A DNA stretch of 64,000 nucleotides from Spirogloea muscicola. Lineage: Eukaryota. The notes under the pieces are model-generated. The model was not told where the DNA came from, made no database searches, and saw only the letters and a program-made list of their open reading frames with translations. The DNA lies in the NCBI GenBank assembly GCA_009602725.1, contig WELB01000016.1, forward strand, positions 1,002,248-1,066,247, given 5' to 3'. Positions 1-11,549 of this stretch are shown here, piece after piece. Every line of letters begins with the position of its first letter. Within the stretch, counting starts at the first letter, position 1. The position numbers and the translations under genes were made by a program.

Positions 1-6
1 CCTCCC

Positions 7-939
7 ATGCCACCCCCCCCGCCTCCAAGCCCTCCGCCACCGTCGCCACCTCCGCCCTCTCCGCCTCCCATGCCCCCTCCACCACCTCCACCACCTCCTC
101 CTCCTCCTCCCACGCCACCGCCTCCAAGCCCTCCGCCACTTTCGCCACCTCCGCCCTCTCCGCCCCCCATGCCCCCTCCACCACCTCCACCACCTCCACC
201 AGATGTTGCATCTGAAGTAGCTGCTCTCCTCGCTATCAAGAGCAACTTGCCAAATTCGGACATCGTGCTAGCCAGCTGGGTGGGCAGCGACCCCTGTATA
301 CGGTGGCTCGGGGTCACATGCGATGACACTCGGCACGTGAACAGCATCACCTTAACCTCCTTCAGCGGCGCACTGGGCCCAGGAGCCCTGCCCAGCAGCA
401 TCAGTCAGTTGCCGATGCTCACAACGATGGTCATGGCGGATGGTATACTGAATGGCAATGTGCCTAAGGAAGTTGGAGCGCTGAGTATCCTCCAGACGCT
501 GGACCTCTCACATAATTACCTCTCAGGCCCTATTCCCAGTGAGTTGGGCATGTGCTTGCAGCTCGTATCGCTGGACCTGAGCTACAATCGACTGTCCTCC
601 AATATCCCTGCTACTTTGGGGAGCCTGGCCGGGCTCACAATGCTTCGGCTGAACAACAACACGCTGCAGTTCAGTATCCCCTCGGAGCTGGGTGGCTTGA
701 CCTCCCTTGGCATCGGAGATCTACAGAATAATCGCTTCTTCAATGCTGCACCACTGGCCCTTATCACCCTGCCATCTCTCAGCAGCCTCAAACTCGACTA
801 TAATTACCTCAACAGCATAGATGGGGCCGATTTGAGGGTAGTGTCGGCAACGTTTAATTGTATTGGTGTCACTCCTGGCTCAGATCAGCTGGATCAGAGG
901 CCATGGATTGGCCAGTGCGAACAATTCTACGGCTTGTGA
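7..939 (+). CDS. Proline-rich (extensin-like) + plant-type LRR protein; 5' end lies upstream of the window
   Basis: SPPPP repeats, then an LRRNT-like cap (EVAALLAIKS...LASWVGSDPC..WLGVTC), plant LRRs (LDLSHNYLSGPIPSELG, LDLSYNRLSSNIPATLG) and a Cys-containing C-cap. Single open frame with no TM or kinase domain. Confidence 0.88.
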   Translation: MPPPPPPSPPPPSPPPPSPPPMPPPPPPPPPPPPPTPPPPSPPPLSPPPPSPPPMPPPPPPPPPPDVASEVAALLAIKSNLPNSDIVLASWVGSDPCIRWLGVTCDDTRHVNSITLTSFSGALGPGALPSSISQLPMLTTMVMADGILNGNVPKEVGALSILQTLDLSHNYLSGPIPSELGMCLQLVSLDLSYNRLSSNIPATLGSLAGLTMLRLNNNTLQFSIPSELGGLTSLGIGDLQNNRFFNAAPLALITLPSLSSLKLDYNYLNSIDGADLRVVSATFNCIGVTPGSDQLDQRPWIGQCEQFYGL

Positions 940-1826
940 GCTCCAAGAAGCATTAGTATGTAGCACATCCCATTCACTGCTTGCGCCCTTTGCGACTCTG
1001 CAAACGATGTCGGTGCTGTTGGCTGGCAGCAGCTGCCACAATTAGGAACCGGCTGAGAGACGTCTGTCATTTGCCAACGGATCTCCCCTGCACCTGTGCT
1101 CCTTAGTGTTAGTCAAGTCTTGCGGCAGATTGCTTAGGCCAATGCATGTCAACAATCTCAGTGCCAACAGTTTTAGATTTTCAAGTTTTGAAGAGCAACT
1201 GCAAGTGGATGTGAAGGCCAGCGTGCAATTACAAGAGCACCTTCCTGATTGTCTTCGCTCCTAGGAATGGACGTCACACATGTACACCCAGACCCCTGCT
1301 TGCATAGTTCAGGCTGACGGGCTGGACTTCTCTGCTGCTGGCCAACGTCTGTGACTGAACAACCGCCATCTGCGAAGGCGCTACATCACACAGCCATGCA
1401 AGTACCACAAAGGATGGTCGCTTAGTACCTACAGCTAGCAGCCGCTAGTCAAAAAGACTAGCAGCCGGAAAGCAGTCATAGACTGCCAACAGCCCCAACA
1501 TGGACACAGGCAAAATAGGTCATAGTCGTGTACTGCTAGGAGTGGTTGTGACGTCAAGCTTTCCAAATTTCTCATCTCAGAGTGACGATGATTTGCTTAT
1601 CTCAAGATTTCGTACAAGTGACTGAGGGCAAGAAATGGCTCATAGATATGGTTTCATAGTCTCATATTGATCATTGCAAAGACTTCGCAATTTATCTCGT
1701 ATTGATCATTGCAAGACCTATGTTGATCGATATGCTTGTCAGGCCATCCTGCATCCTTAAATAATCAACCCCACTTACGGAGGAGCTTGTAGCTTGGCCA
1801 GCAAGCTTTGGCCACTAGCCAACAAA

Positions 1827-1868
1827 CAAGCCACAAGCCACAAGCCACAAGCCACAAGCCACAAGCCA
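1827..1868. repeat. (CAAGCCA)6 heptamer tandem repeat
   Basis: caagccacaagccacaagcca... read directly. Confidence 0.9.
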
Positions 1869-2321
1869 CGAGATCTGGCTACAGAAAGTGCTTTCCTCGT
1901 TGTCAATATGGCTGCTGTAAACCACAAACTTGAAGTGATAGTCAACATCTGTGTCGACTTTGACCACAACATTCAGCGACAATCAATGGTGCTTCCCCAA
2001 AGAAAGCGCTCGACACAGGTCTGTCGGCCACACAAATTCTGTAACCAAGAATGTCACTGCCAGTAATAATACAATCAAGCAACCAAAAGTGTAAGTGCAT
2101 GCTCAAAGTCACCCCCACTGGAGCTTGCACAAGCCTTCTTTAGGATGCTGCAATCTTTGAGCCAATTGCACTGCTGGCTTTAGCTATTCACACATGTGAC
2201 TTGTTAAGTACCGCAACACATAGGCTACACCCCTCTGACGTAATGTTAGTCAAGTACCCAAGAAGAAGCAGGTCATAACTCAGCACATGTATGAGGAGGA
2301 GGACAAGGTAGCAGGCTGAGT

Positions 2322-4421
2322 TTATGCCTTCAGCAGCTTGGCATTGGCCTTGGAGGTTGTGGAACCAGCCAGTGGTTGAAAGCATCGCTGCAGCTTCTCC
2401 TGGGTGAAAGTCACCTTGGGCAGCGTGAAGTCGTCCAACACATCCAACTCCTGTTGGGGGTGGGAGAGCTATCACGAACTTTTGGTATTGTTATTGTTGA
2501 GCAGACACTTGACAAGAGTGTGCTCGACCATATGCTGGACAACCACTCAGATAAGCAGACTGAGATGACCTCAAAGAGCAAGCAGTGACATTGTACCCAC
2601 CTGATAGACACGGCGACCTTTAATTAGAATGTCGACTTCTAGGTCGCTGGCATTTCCCATGGTATTGTCAATTGTCAACCAGGACAAGCTCTCCTGCAGT
2701 CGTCTCCTCAGCCCATAGCTCAGTAAGACGTTGCTTCTGCAGGATGACATACAGTAAGAAAGCAAACTCAGATACTTTGTAAAAGGGTGGAGTTACTGAA
2801 GTTGCGGGAATGTGATGAGGCATCAACTTGACATCTCAAGCTCAATAGAGGCAAAATTTGTTTGCAATACACTCCAAGATTCTAGTGAAACATCACAACG
2901 CTTGGTTGGCTGCAGTTGCAGACCTGAAGCACGTGACGCCTTTGTCAAAAACAGTTGGAGTTGCAGACACCCCTGCAAACCTGCCTTCCAGGAGAGACCT
3001 ACGTCAGCGTCAACAAGCAAAAGCCGAGAGATCGTTCTAAGACTCCACTGCATCTACAGCTGTTACACGTCCACACGACTTATCAAATGGCAGAGCTCTT
3101 GCAATGTGTGACGATGCGCATAGATGGGGGCCTCACCTGGCCCGTTCCACCATCACCTCAAACTGCAGGCCTGGGCAGTGGTGCGCAATGAGCACAAGCC
3201 AGCGCTTGTACTGGCGCCACGACTGCAGCAGCCCGCTCCACAGCCGCACGTCGGACGCCCTCCTCCCCCTCCTGGCCCCCACCTCCGCGGGCCTCTCTGA
3301 GTCGGGCCACACGTCCCAATCCTCCAGCCGCCGCCGCCGCTTCTCCCATGGCTCCTCTTCAAGCGCCTCATCCCCTGCCTCGGCTTCCAGGCACGGCTCG
3401 AGCCCGCCAGACCTGTCGTCCGTCGTGCACGATCCGCTCGGCGAGGCATTCCTCGGAGGCCCCGCCATGTCGAGGTCGGAGCGCAGGTCACAGGCGATCT
3501 GGTCCGCCCGGTCCGTGAAGGCGGTGCTCAGCGCTTCGTAGAGCAGGCTCCAGTCGCTGCTGGTCAGCTTGCGCAGGACCCGGCGGACGACGGCGGAGTT
3601 GTAGGAGCCCTCCGGGTGCCCGGTGCCCCACCATGCGTCAAGGGCCAGGCGCAGGAACTCGTAGCCCTTCCGCAGGATGTAGAAGCGCTGGCTCACGCGG
3701 TCGTACAGTGCGCTGCACTTGTACATCGATCGCTGCACCTGCAACCTGTGCCACCAAGAGAAAGACGAAGGCGCATCAGCCGGACCTCATCATGCATGAC
3801 GTTGCCAACGCTAAGCCCAGACCTGAAGCGCTGGTCATGGACGTCGCTGGTGGTCTTGCCATGCAGGAAGCGCGGCAAATGGGGAGTCACCTCGGCGAGC
3901 ACTCCCAGACGTGTATGTACGACCGGCTGGGCATCGGCTTGCTCCCAGCATCGCGTTCGGCGAGGAGCCGGCCCCAGACGGCGTCCGAGCCGGCAAGGTG
4001 GTGCCAGTGCGTGCAGGCGGCCATGGCGGCGCACACCTCCGCTAGGCCCAGCCTCGCGAGCACGAGCAGCAGGACCTCGTCTGCGCGCCCGCCGGAAGCT
4101 CGCGGCATGGCGTCCAGGCCGTCAGAGACGGCCAGGAACTAGTGGCAGCGGCAATGAGTCAACAATCTGTGGCGGCTCTGGGCGGGACGTACCTGGGAGC
4201 CTGGCGACCGGCGTGCCACGGCCCGTCCACGCGGGCTGCCAGGCGGCGGCAGTAGTGGCGGCGGCGGCGGCGGCGGGCTCTGGCGGCTGTGGGAGCTGGC
4301 CGCTGTGGCGCTGGATGACCGCCGGAGCGGCGCCGCACAGCGAGTGGGAGCCGGCGCAGCCGTCGCCGCGGGNCGCGGCGTCCTCCGCGTCCTCGGCCGC
4401 CGTCGCGGCGGCGGCGGCCAT
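2322..4421 (-). CDS. F-box protein with C-terminal cullin-repeat-like helical domain (multi-exon)
   Basis: Splicing GT(4192)..AG(4081) gives VARLP|DEVLLLVLARLGLAEVCAAMAACTHWHHLA, a canonical F-box. Later exons LRKGYEFLRLALD, WSLLYEALSTAF, LLQSWRQYKRWLVLI and LRRRLQESL...VYQELD resemble the CUL1 N-terminal repeats. ATG at 4421, TAA at 2322. Confidence 0.75.
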
Positions 4422-5249
4422 GCCTGCGGTCACGGCAGCCTGTGCCACGCCGACGGGGGACCTGGAAGAGGTGCCCGCTATCGGCTGTCAGCCTGAGAGT
4501 TTCAACTTGGGAGCTTAAGTATTACGGTAGGTATTGATGATGAAGTGGCTGCCAGAAGACGAGCTCTTCCACAAAGGAGGCGATGGGCTGTGCAAAGCAC
4601 GCCCAGTTAAGGCAATGGCTGCGAGGGGCCAGCCCAATGGGATATACAACGACTGAGAGAGCCGGAAGGCGCAAAAAGCATGAAACTACTCTCTGTGACC
4701 GCTGCGAGTGGGCGCTTTATGATCTCTGGTCAGAACGTGCAGATTAAAATCACATAAGGGCGAAAAAGCGTTGGCCTGTTGGAACCAGAAAGGAATGGAC
4801 AATCACCAGAGGCACTAATATACTCGGCAGCAGAGGATTATGAAGACCGCAAGGACACTTCCAACCTTGAATAGCTTGCAACTGCATCTGCAACACTGCA
4901 AGACTGCGCTTTGCAACTTCCAGTGTGTGGCAGTCAGCGCATCTGCAGGTTGTTTAGGCTGCGGAGCACCTCACGTGGGGCTTTGGACCCCACTCGGCAC
5001 CATGGCAATGGCCGACAAGCCCACATGGTGCTTGCATGATCATGTGCTGGGCCACCCCTCGACCCCTGTTTGCAACTTAGGTACTCGCATCCTGACCATG
5101 TGCAGTGTGTTTGTGCTAATGACTTGGAAGTATTGCACGCAGGCAATGCATTTACCATTGCTCCGACTCTTATTGCTGCAAAGGTGTGCAGCATATAGAA
5201 GAGCTGTCTCGCCCAGGCTTCGATTTCCTACGAATGGCGCAAGCAGTCT

Positions 5250-6919
5250 CTACGCTATGCTCGTTGCCCACGAGCTCGGTGCGTAAAGAAGAAGTGGCGG
5301 CGCAGCCGCTGAGAAAGTGATGGATGCTCCAAGCCACACCTCGCTGCAGCAGTGTGAGCCGTCAATATAAAGCTTGCCCTGCCGGCAGCCCCAAGACACA
5401 CGCAGCTCTTCCTTGGGGACCAGCAAGCCGTGCAGGTGGCCGACGTGCGCCGCAGGTGGTGCAATTGGCTCCCGCACTTTGTACTGCAGGTCCTGCGAAG
5501 ATGGCTCCATGATGTAGCCACCGGCGGAGTGCATTGCGGCCGTCGACCCGACTGCAGTGCAAAGCCGCAGCCCAGAAGACCTGGAGTGCACCAGCGGTGA
5601 CATGGCCTGGCCGTCTTGTCGTTGATGTATCCTGCACGATGAGGTGAGATAGCATGCTCGATGACTGTGCGTCGCTGACTCTGCCATGCGGAATTGCAAG
5701 TTTACAAGGACAAGTTCCTGACATTAAAAGCTCGTCCCCAATTATTCACCTCATGCTGAAGCGAGAAACGGCAGCCGGATTTGGGTGCGCAAGGAGGACG
5801 TCGTTGAGAGCTGGAGGACAGGCGCCCTGGCTTTCTATCACCGTCTGCATCCTCGCAACCACCATGGGCTCCATCCTTCCGCCAATAATGTCCACCATAA
5901 CCTGTTTGAGCCAACAGGCAACGTCACTAAGGCAGAAATCCGACCTTCCCTTAGTACGGGCTGCAAGCAACAATAGAAGGTCCTCGGTCACTCCATGTGG
6001 CAAGTGCTGATCTGCCTCAAACTTTGATAAAACAAGAAGCGCTAGGGGCGAACTTGCTCCATGTTGGCTTTGGAGGCAGCACACAGGTGGCCAGTGCTCC
6101 GCCGTGCATCGAATTTGTTCATCATCTCCTCAACCTGACTGCATATACCAGGACTATACTTAATGAAGTGCCTGGTATCTGGCATGATATCTGCACAAAG
6201 CGTAAGCAAGCCAAGTGCCAAGCTTACTTCGTCAAACTTAATATTGCATTTGCCTAACCCACATCACAAAGCAGCTGCATATCATGCCATTGCTGAAAAC
6301 CTCAGTGGGGCTCGTTGGGTCCGAGTTGACGCCCAGGATTGGGAGCTGGCGGCAGATGTGGTGGCCGGCCTCCAGCAGGGTGCCATCACCGCCAATCGTG
6401 ACTACGAGGTCAACGCTGTCATGAATCGGGCCCCGGAGCTGGTGCCGTTGGACGGCTGTCCATTGGAGGCCCATCCGGGTGAAAAGCCTCTGGCAAGCCA
6501 CAATGGTGGCCTCGTGCTGCCGGTGCTTGTCCAGCATGTTGTGCACCGACTGCACCGTCACCAATTCTCGGTGCTGCCTCAGCGAGCATTATACAAGAAC
6601 AGTGGTCGGCACCTTGACCTGGTGTTAACACATTCGTGTGGAGGTTCTCCTGGTTGCTTGAATAGCCGCTCGTTCTTTCCAAGTGCCGCCAGCTGCTGAG
6701 CTGCAAATGTCAATCAGCTGCGAGCGGCAGTAGTTTGTGTATAAGGATGTAGCAACTGATGAGGACGTGGGGCTTAGCGTCGGCTCTCAAGGGCGATACC
6801 TGGTGTTCGGCGGCGAGGAGGGCTCGCAGGCGCGAGTCATTGTGGTGTTCCACGTACATGGCGTACGCGCTGCGCTTGGCCACCATCAGCAGCCGCAGTG
6901 CCCCGCCGCCAGGCCGCAT
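5250..6919 (-). CDS. NADK3: NAD(H) kinase, NADK3 type (multi-exon)
   Basis: DLVVTIGGDGTLL, ILGVNSDPT, RSTGHLCAA, ALNDVLLAHPNPAAVSRFS and RSSGLRLCTAVGSTAAMHSAGG match plant NADK3 motifs in order. Confidence 0.92.
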
Positions 6920-7631
6920 TGGCTGCGGCAGGCATCAGGAAGTGGCTCAAGACCGGCGAGCAACGCCACAGCGATGGCGAAGGCCGCACTGAGCTGGCAC
7001 CTTCTGCGATGGCCTGCTCTGGTGCAGTGGTTGCAAACAAGGACTGCTACTCGCAGGATGGCGTGACATGGCAGGATGCTTCGTGTGACTCCTTGTCCTG
7101 CTCTTCTGTCAGAAGGACTGCTTTCCGTGCCTCTCACAGCCACCAGTCAATCTGAAAGCGCTGTTTCATTTTCGGGCGTTTGGCCTAAGCCCATTCCTTT
7201 GGGCTGGCCTCTCACAGCCATTGCTGCCATACCGGAAGAGCTATTTTGTCTAATGTTTCTTCTTGCTGGGCTGGCCAAAAGTTCCGCTTGATACAGATGT
7301 CGCCTTCAAGGGCAATTTTATGCAAATAGAAACAATTCCGAAAACTTATCGACCTGTCAGGGCAAGCAGCGAGTGGGTGAATGCTTGGAGCCTCAACGAG
7401 AGAATGTGGCAAGAAGCCTGAAACTCAGGTCCTCTTACAGGGTTGTCCTCCGTGCTACGTCAAAGTGTGGTGCGGTAGCATTCTCCCAATCATCAGTATG
7501 CCGAACGCTCCAGAATGCCGAAGCTCGGCACAAGAATTCATTTGTAACAATCTACTCTTTTGTATGAGATATGAAGAGCATTTTGGTGCTCGACCAGTGG
7601 TGCAATGTACGTGACTACCTGCTGGTTGAGA

Positions 7632-10600
7632 CTAATTGCAAGACACAAAGGCTGGGCTGCATAGAAATGCTTGTAGTTCTTCCCAACCTTGGGCCTTGTA
7701 CAATCTAGGTCGAATCAATGTGGAGTCTGCTCCACCTAATTCATTCACTTTACTCTCTACAGAAGCCAGGAGTAAAGGGTACAGTCTAATTCCAAATCTG
7801 GACAGCACACGTGACAGTGTGGCATTGTCTCCTACTACAATGCCCACATCAGTGTGCAAAAGAGCAAGAAGGTCTGTCGTGCTGTCACCCACAAACACAG
7901 ACCACGGTCTATGGTGCCCAGCTACCTCCCCAGGCTGCATGCTCTGCTCCTCACCCTTGCTTGCTTTGCATGTCAATGTCCTTATCATAAGCCTCTCCTT
8001 GTCAAGGGGACTTTGCAGGTACCAGTCCAGGCTGCCTGTAGATCGCCCATCACTTGCAAAGACCAATTCGTTGGCGTGTATGCTTGGGTAGACTGTAGTA
8101 CCTGAGTGGGTGTCCACGACACAGTAAGTCGTCAGAATCGCTTCTTGTAGTCCTAGTGTCATCAGTTGTTGAGCAATACCTTCATCTATGCGATAATAAG
8201 CAAGAAATAGGGCCCCTCACCCTTGAATAGTGCAGCACTTAAAGCACTGGCAATGAAGCTCCTGCTCCAGCAGACAGACATTATGTGTACCTCAACGCTG
8301 ATGTCTAGGAGTTTCTTCAAGAGGACAGTGCAATTGGGCTTCAGAGTCACCTCCAGCCCCCGTGCTTTGACCCTGTCCAGCTCCGACAAGTGTGTATCCA
8401 CGGATGAGATTATATAGCTGCTGTTGCGAGGTTGAGGTAAGGCTGACCTTTGGCTCTTTCTTTCTAGAAAGTTCACTAGAAGAGCATGAGCGCGCAACAG
8501 CAAGGGATTGGCCAGTCCCTTCACGAAGTAACATATGAGCAGATGTTACTGACCTGTCAAGTGAGATGTTGCTCAAGATCTGGGAGTTTTCTATCCTTTT
8601 GTTGGAAAGGACCTCAAAGGTGGACAGTCCCTCTAAGAATGACCGCAGGCCCTGTCAACACCAGCAGAACTGCCGAAACCTTTACAAGGACACATAAACT
8701 TCCAGGTGGTTAAGCAGGAAACAATCGCCAGGCAGGCAAACAAAGAAGAGCTGCTCACAATAAGTGACATGATCTTTGTGGGGTTCAGCTTTGACAGCAA
8801 ATAACTTTCATATATGTACTTCGTGCATGCATTTCGCCGATACCAGTGCACATCTCTTGATACATAAGGTGGGAAATTTCTTCTGCCTCGTAGTTGGGTG
8901 GCAAAGCTTGCCTGCATATCGGAGGCATTCATAGCACCTTGACAGGCTTGTGGCTGCAGTGCTCTGTCAAGCAACTGCTTGTACTCTTCCACATATTTGG
9001 CCGCAACTGCATCCCAGTGCTGCTTACGTGCCACAGATGCTGCACATTGAGCAGACTGTGATTGCCTAAGCAGGTGCAAATTCTTCACTCTGTACCAGCA
9101 AAATTGCTACACATTTGCTTTCTTGAATAGGCGAGACATGCTTAGAGCCGTCAAGGTCGTGACAGAAAGAGCTCACCGTGGCCAGAGACAGCGCCGATTC
9201 CAAGCTCAGCGAGCACGGGGCTAGAGTCCTCCTCGCTGCACGTCAAGTCAAAATCACAAGCAAAGATGCATCTCCGCTCCCTCAGTTGATGTGCAACCAG
9301 AGACTCGTAGCGTGAATCAGGCTGTAGCGTCCCAGGAAGCTCTGCTGAGAAGAAGTCCAGCTCCAGCTGCATTGCTCGCCGGTACAGATACTCCAAGACC
9401 TCTATGTCGGACGTGGGCAGCCCCTTGGCCAAGCGGTCGAGCAAGCCCTCCAGCCGGAGTGTGTCTGCCTGCAAGAGTCGTGAGCATTGTGGGCTTATGG
9501 ACCAATGTACATCGATCAGGAGAATGTGTTTCATTCAATACACACTTCAGCAGGATCTGTACTGAACGTGCAAGACTGTCTCCAAAAGCCATCCTTGCCA
9601 AGGGCGCAAAGCTGCTGTACCTGGAACTCCGCCGACGCATAAGTTGCTATCCAGGAGGCATAGCTGTGACCATCTATTGGCGCAACCAGGAAAGAAGCCG
9701 CCCTCTGCAGCTCTTGGCCGAGGAAAGCATACAGCCTCATGCACGGCGTCATGGCAGTGACGATGTGCAGGCAGCGCAAGCTGCGGTCTGTGGGTACAGA
9801 CGCCATGCTCCCCGGCTTCCGGCCCTCCTCCGCCACAGAGAGCAGGAAGGACATGTAGGCCATGGCCGCCGCGCTCGGTGCTCTTGCTGCTTCCTCGCCT
9901 CCATCTTCCTGGCAGGACCCACAAAGGTTGCAATGACCGCATGAGACCACCTAGTTATAATGCAACAATACCAAGACGTTACCAGTCCTGGCCTGCCAGG
10001 CTAGGAGGTGGCAAGACAGCAGGGTGACCGCATCAGTGGATGTCAGCAAGTGTTTGCAGGGGAGCAGAGCTTGCTGGGGCTGCACCGTGGCGCAGGCAAG
10101 CTGGCCATCGAGCTCCTTGAGGATGCCGGCGCGGCACTCCCGCAGCACCGCGCCGGCGGCCTCGTCGGGGGCCGAGCTCTCAGCCAGCTCCATCCTGCCA
10201 AACAAGCATTCGCCGACGAAAGCGGAGGTGGGCCAACTGGAGCACATCCCCAGAGTAGAGTGCTGATACACGGTGACGGCACGTTGGCATCATCGCATCG
10301 CTCAGACCACCAGGTACGCAGAAGTGACTAGCCAGAAACTGGCGCTGAATGTAGGGTTTAGGCTTAAAGAATAACAGTTAATGGCTAAGTTTAGAAAATA
10401 GGGTTAAGGCTTTAGGGTTTCGGGGTGTAAGACTAGTTTTAGGGTTAGGGTATAGGGGGGACTTACGCTCTGGCGAAGGCCCGGAGGAAGTGGACGTCCT
10501 GGGAGGCGTAGCGCCGGAAGGCGGAGCGCGGCAGGGTCTGCGCCAGAAGCGCCACCACGAACGGGTGGTGCAGCGCCGCCATGGCCTCCGCCCGGCAGAG

Positions 10601-10728
10601 CCGCCACAGCGTCGCCGACGGCCGCGGCTCCGCAGCTCCTTCCATGGCCGCCGCCGCCGGCGCCGCAGCGAGTTGGCGCGAGCCCGCTGCCAGCCNAGCA
10701 GCAGCAGCGGCGCCGCGAGCCGGAGCAT
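7632..10728 (-). CDS. TH2: Bifunctional TenA + HAD thiamine monophosphate phosphatase (TH2-like; multi-exon)
   Basis: TenA part: AALHHPFV...AFRRYASQDVHFLRAFARA, AMTPCMRLYAFLG, YASWIATYA, LYRRAMQLELDFF. HAD part: CDFDLTC (motif I), IMSVCWS, VFVGDSTTDLLALLHTDVGIVVG. A single N at 10696 blurs the frame of the N-terminal extension. Confidence 0.92.
10352..10457. promoter_or_regulatory. Cluster of telo-box-like (AAACCCTA/TAGGGTTT) motifs in TH2 intron 1; more at 10744-10769 and 14268-14279
   Basis: tagggttta, tagggttaa, tttagggttt and ttttagggttagggtatagggg are seen directly. Telo-boxes are established 5'-region elements in plants. Confidence 0.55.
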
Positions 10729-10844
10729 CTAGCCGTGAGCTCCAAACCCTAAACTCTCAGAACCCTAATGCTGATCCTGTGTTCGTCCAACCGCTGCCCG
10801 TTGCACCGTCCCCGCCGCCTTTCGCGCCGCGGCCGCCGCCGCCA

Positions 10845-11370
10845 ATGCCGGCGGCAGTCGCGGCGGCCGCGAAGCCAGCGAGCCAGCGTGCCGCCCAGAC
10901 TGCGACCTCGACTGTCAGGCGCCAAAGTGAGTTAGTGGCCATTAGCGTTTCTAATTGCAGCACTTGTCCCACACTGGACCGGGAGAGATGGAACAGATTG
11001 CAAAGGGCCTTGGAAGCTGATAAGTAAATGTGATAGCAACTTCTGTATTCCCCGCTTGGCGTATTGGCAAGTCTTTGGTTCTATGGGCGGTGAAGGAGGT
11101 GGCTAGAGAGCAGGGCGCCAGGATGAGCAGAAACGATCTTACCAGGCCCTCAAAGGAAAATTTACCATCGCTACATTGCAGATAGTGGCAGCACAACCCC
11201 CACTGTACCCCAAGCTTGTCATCCTACTAGACGCCAGCAACCACAGGCTGCTAGCACACCAGGAGGCAAGCCCTCTTCCCTCGGTCATCTTGCGGGCTTT
11301 GAGCATGCGGGTTTTGGTGGTGAAGGTGCACGTCATTACAGAGGAGCTTAGTAAGATCGTTGCCAGCTGA
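10845..11370 (+). pseudogene. Possible small L7Ae/RPP38-like gene or pseudogene, divergent from TH2
   Basis: ATG in a GC-rich context. Fragments LVLWAVKEVAR and LVILLDASNHRLLAH..RALSMRVLVVKV loosely resemble L7Ae-family RNase P/MRP subunits. The frames do not join cleanly. Confidence 0.25.
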
Positions 11371-11549
11371 TGAGCCAGAAGGTCGATGACTTTCTGACAC
11401 AAGACCTTCCAGATAGATTACGTGTAACAATAATTCATGCCCCTCCATTGAAGGCACCTCAAATATCAAGTGACAGGGACCTCTGTCCACAACATATAAT
11501 TGCTGAGAACAGGCCTGACGAGCCATTGCCTTCTGCATAGCAGTTTAGC

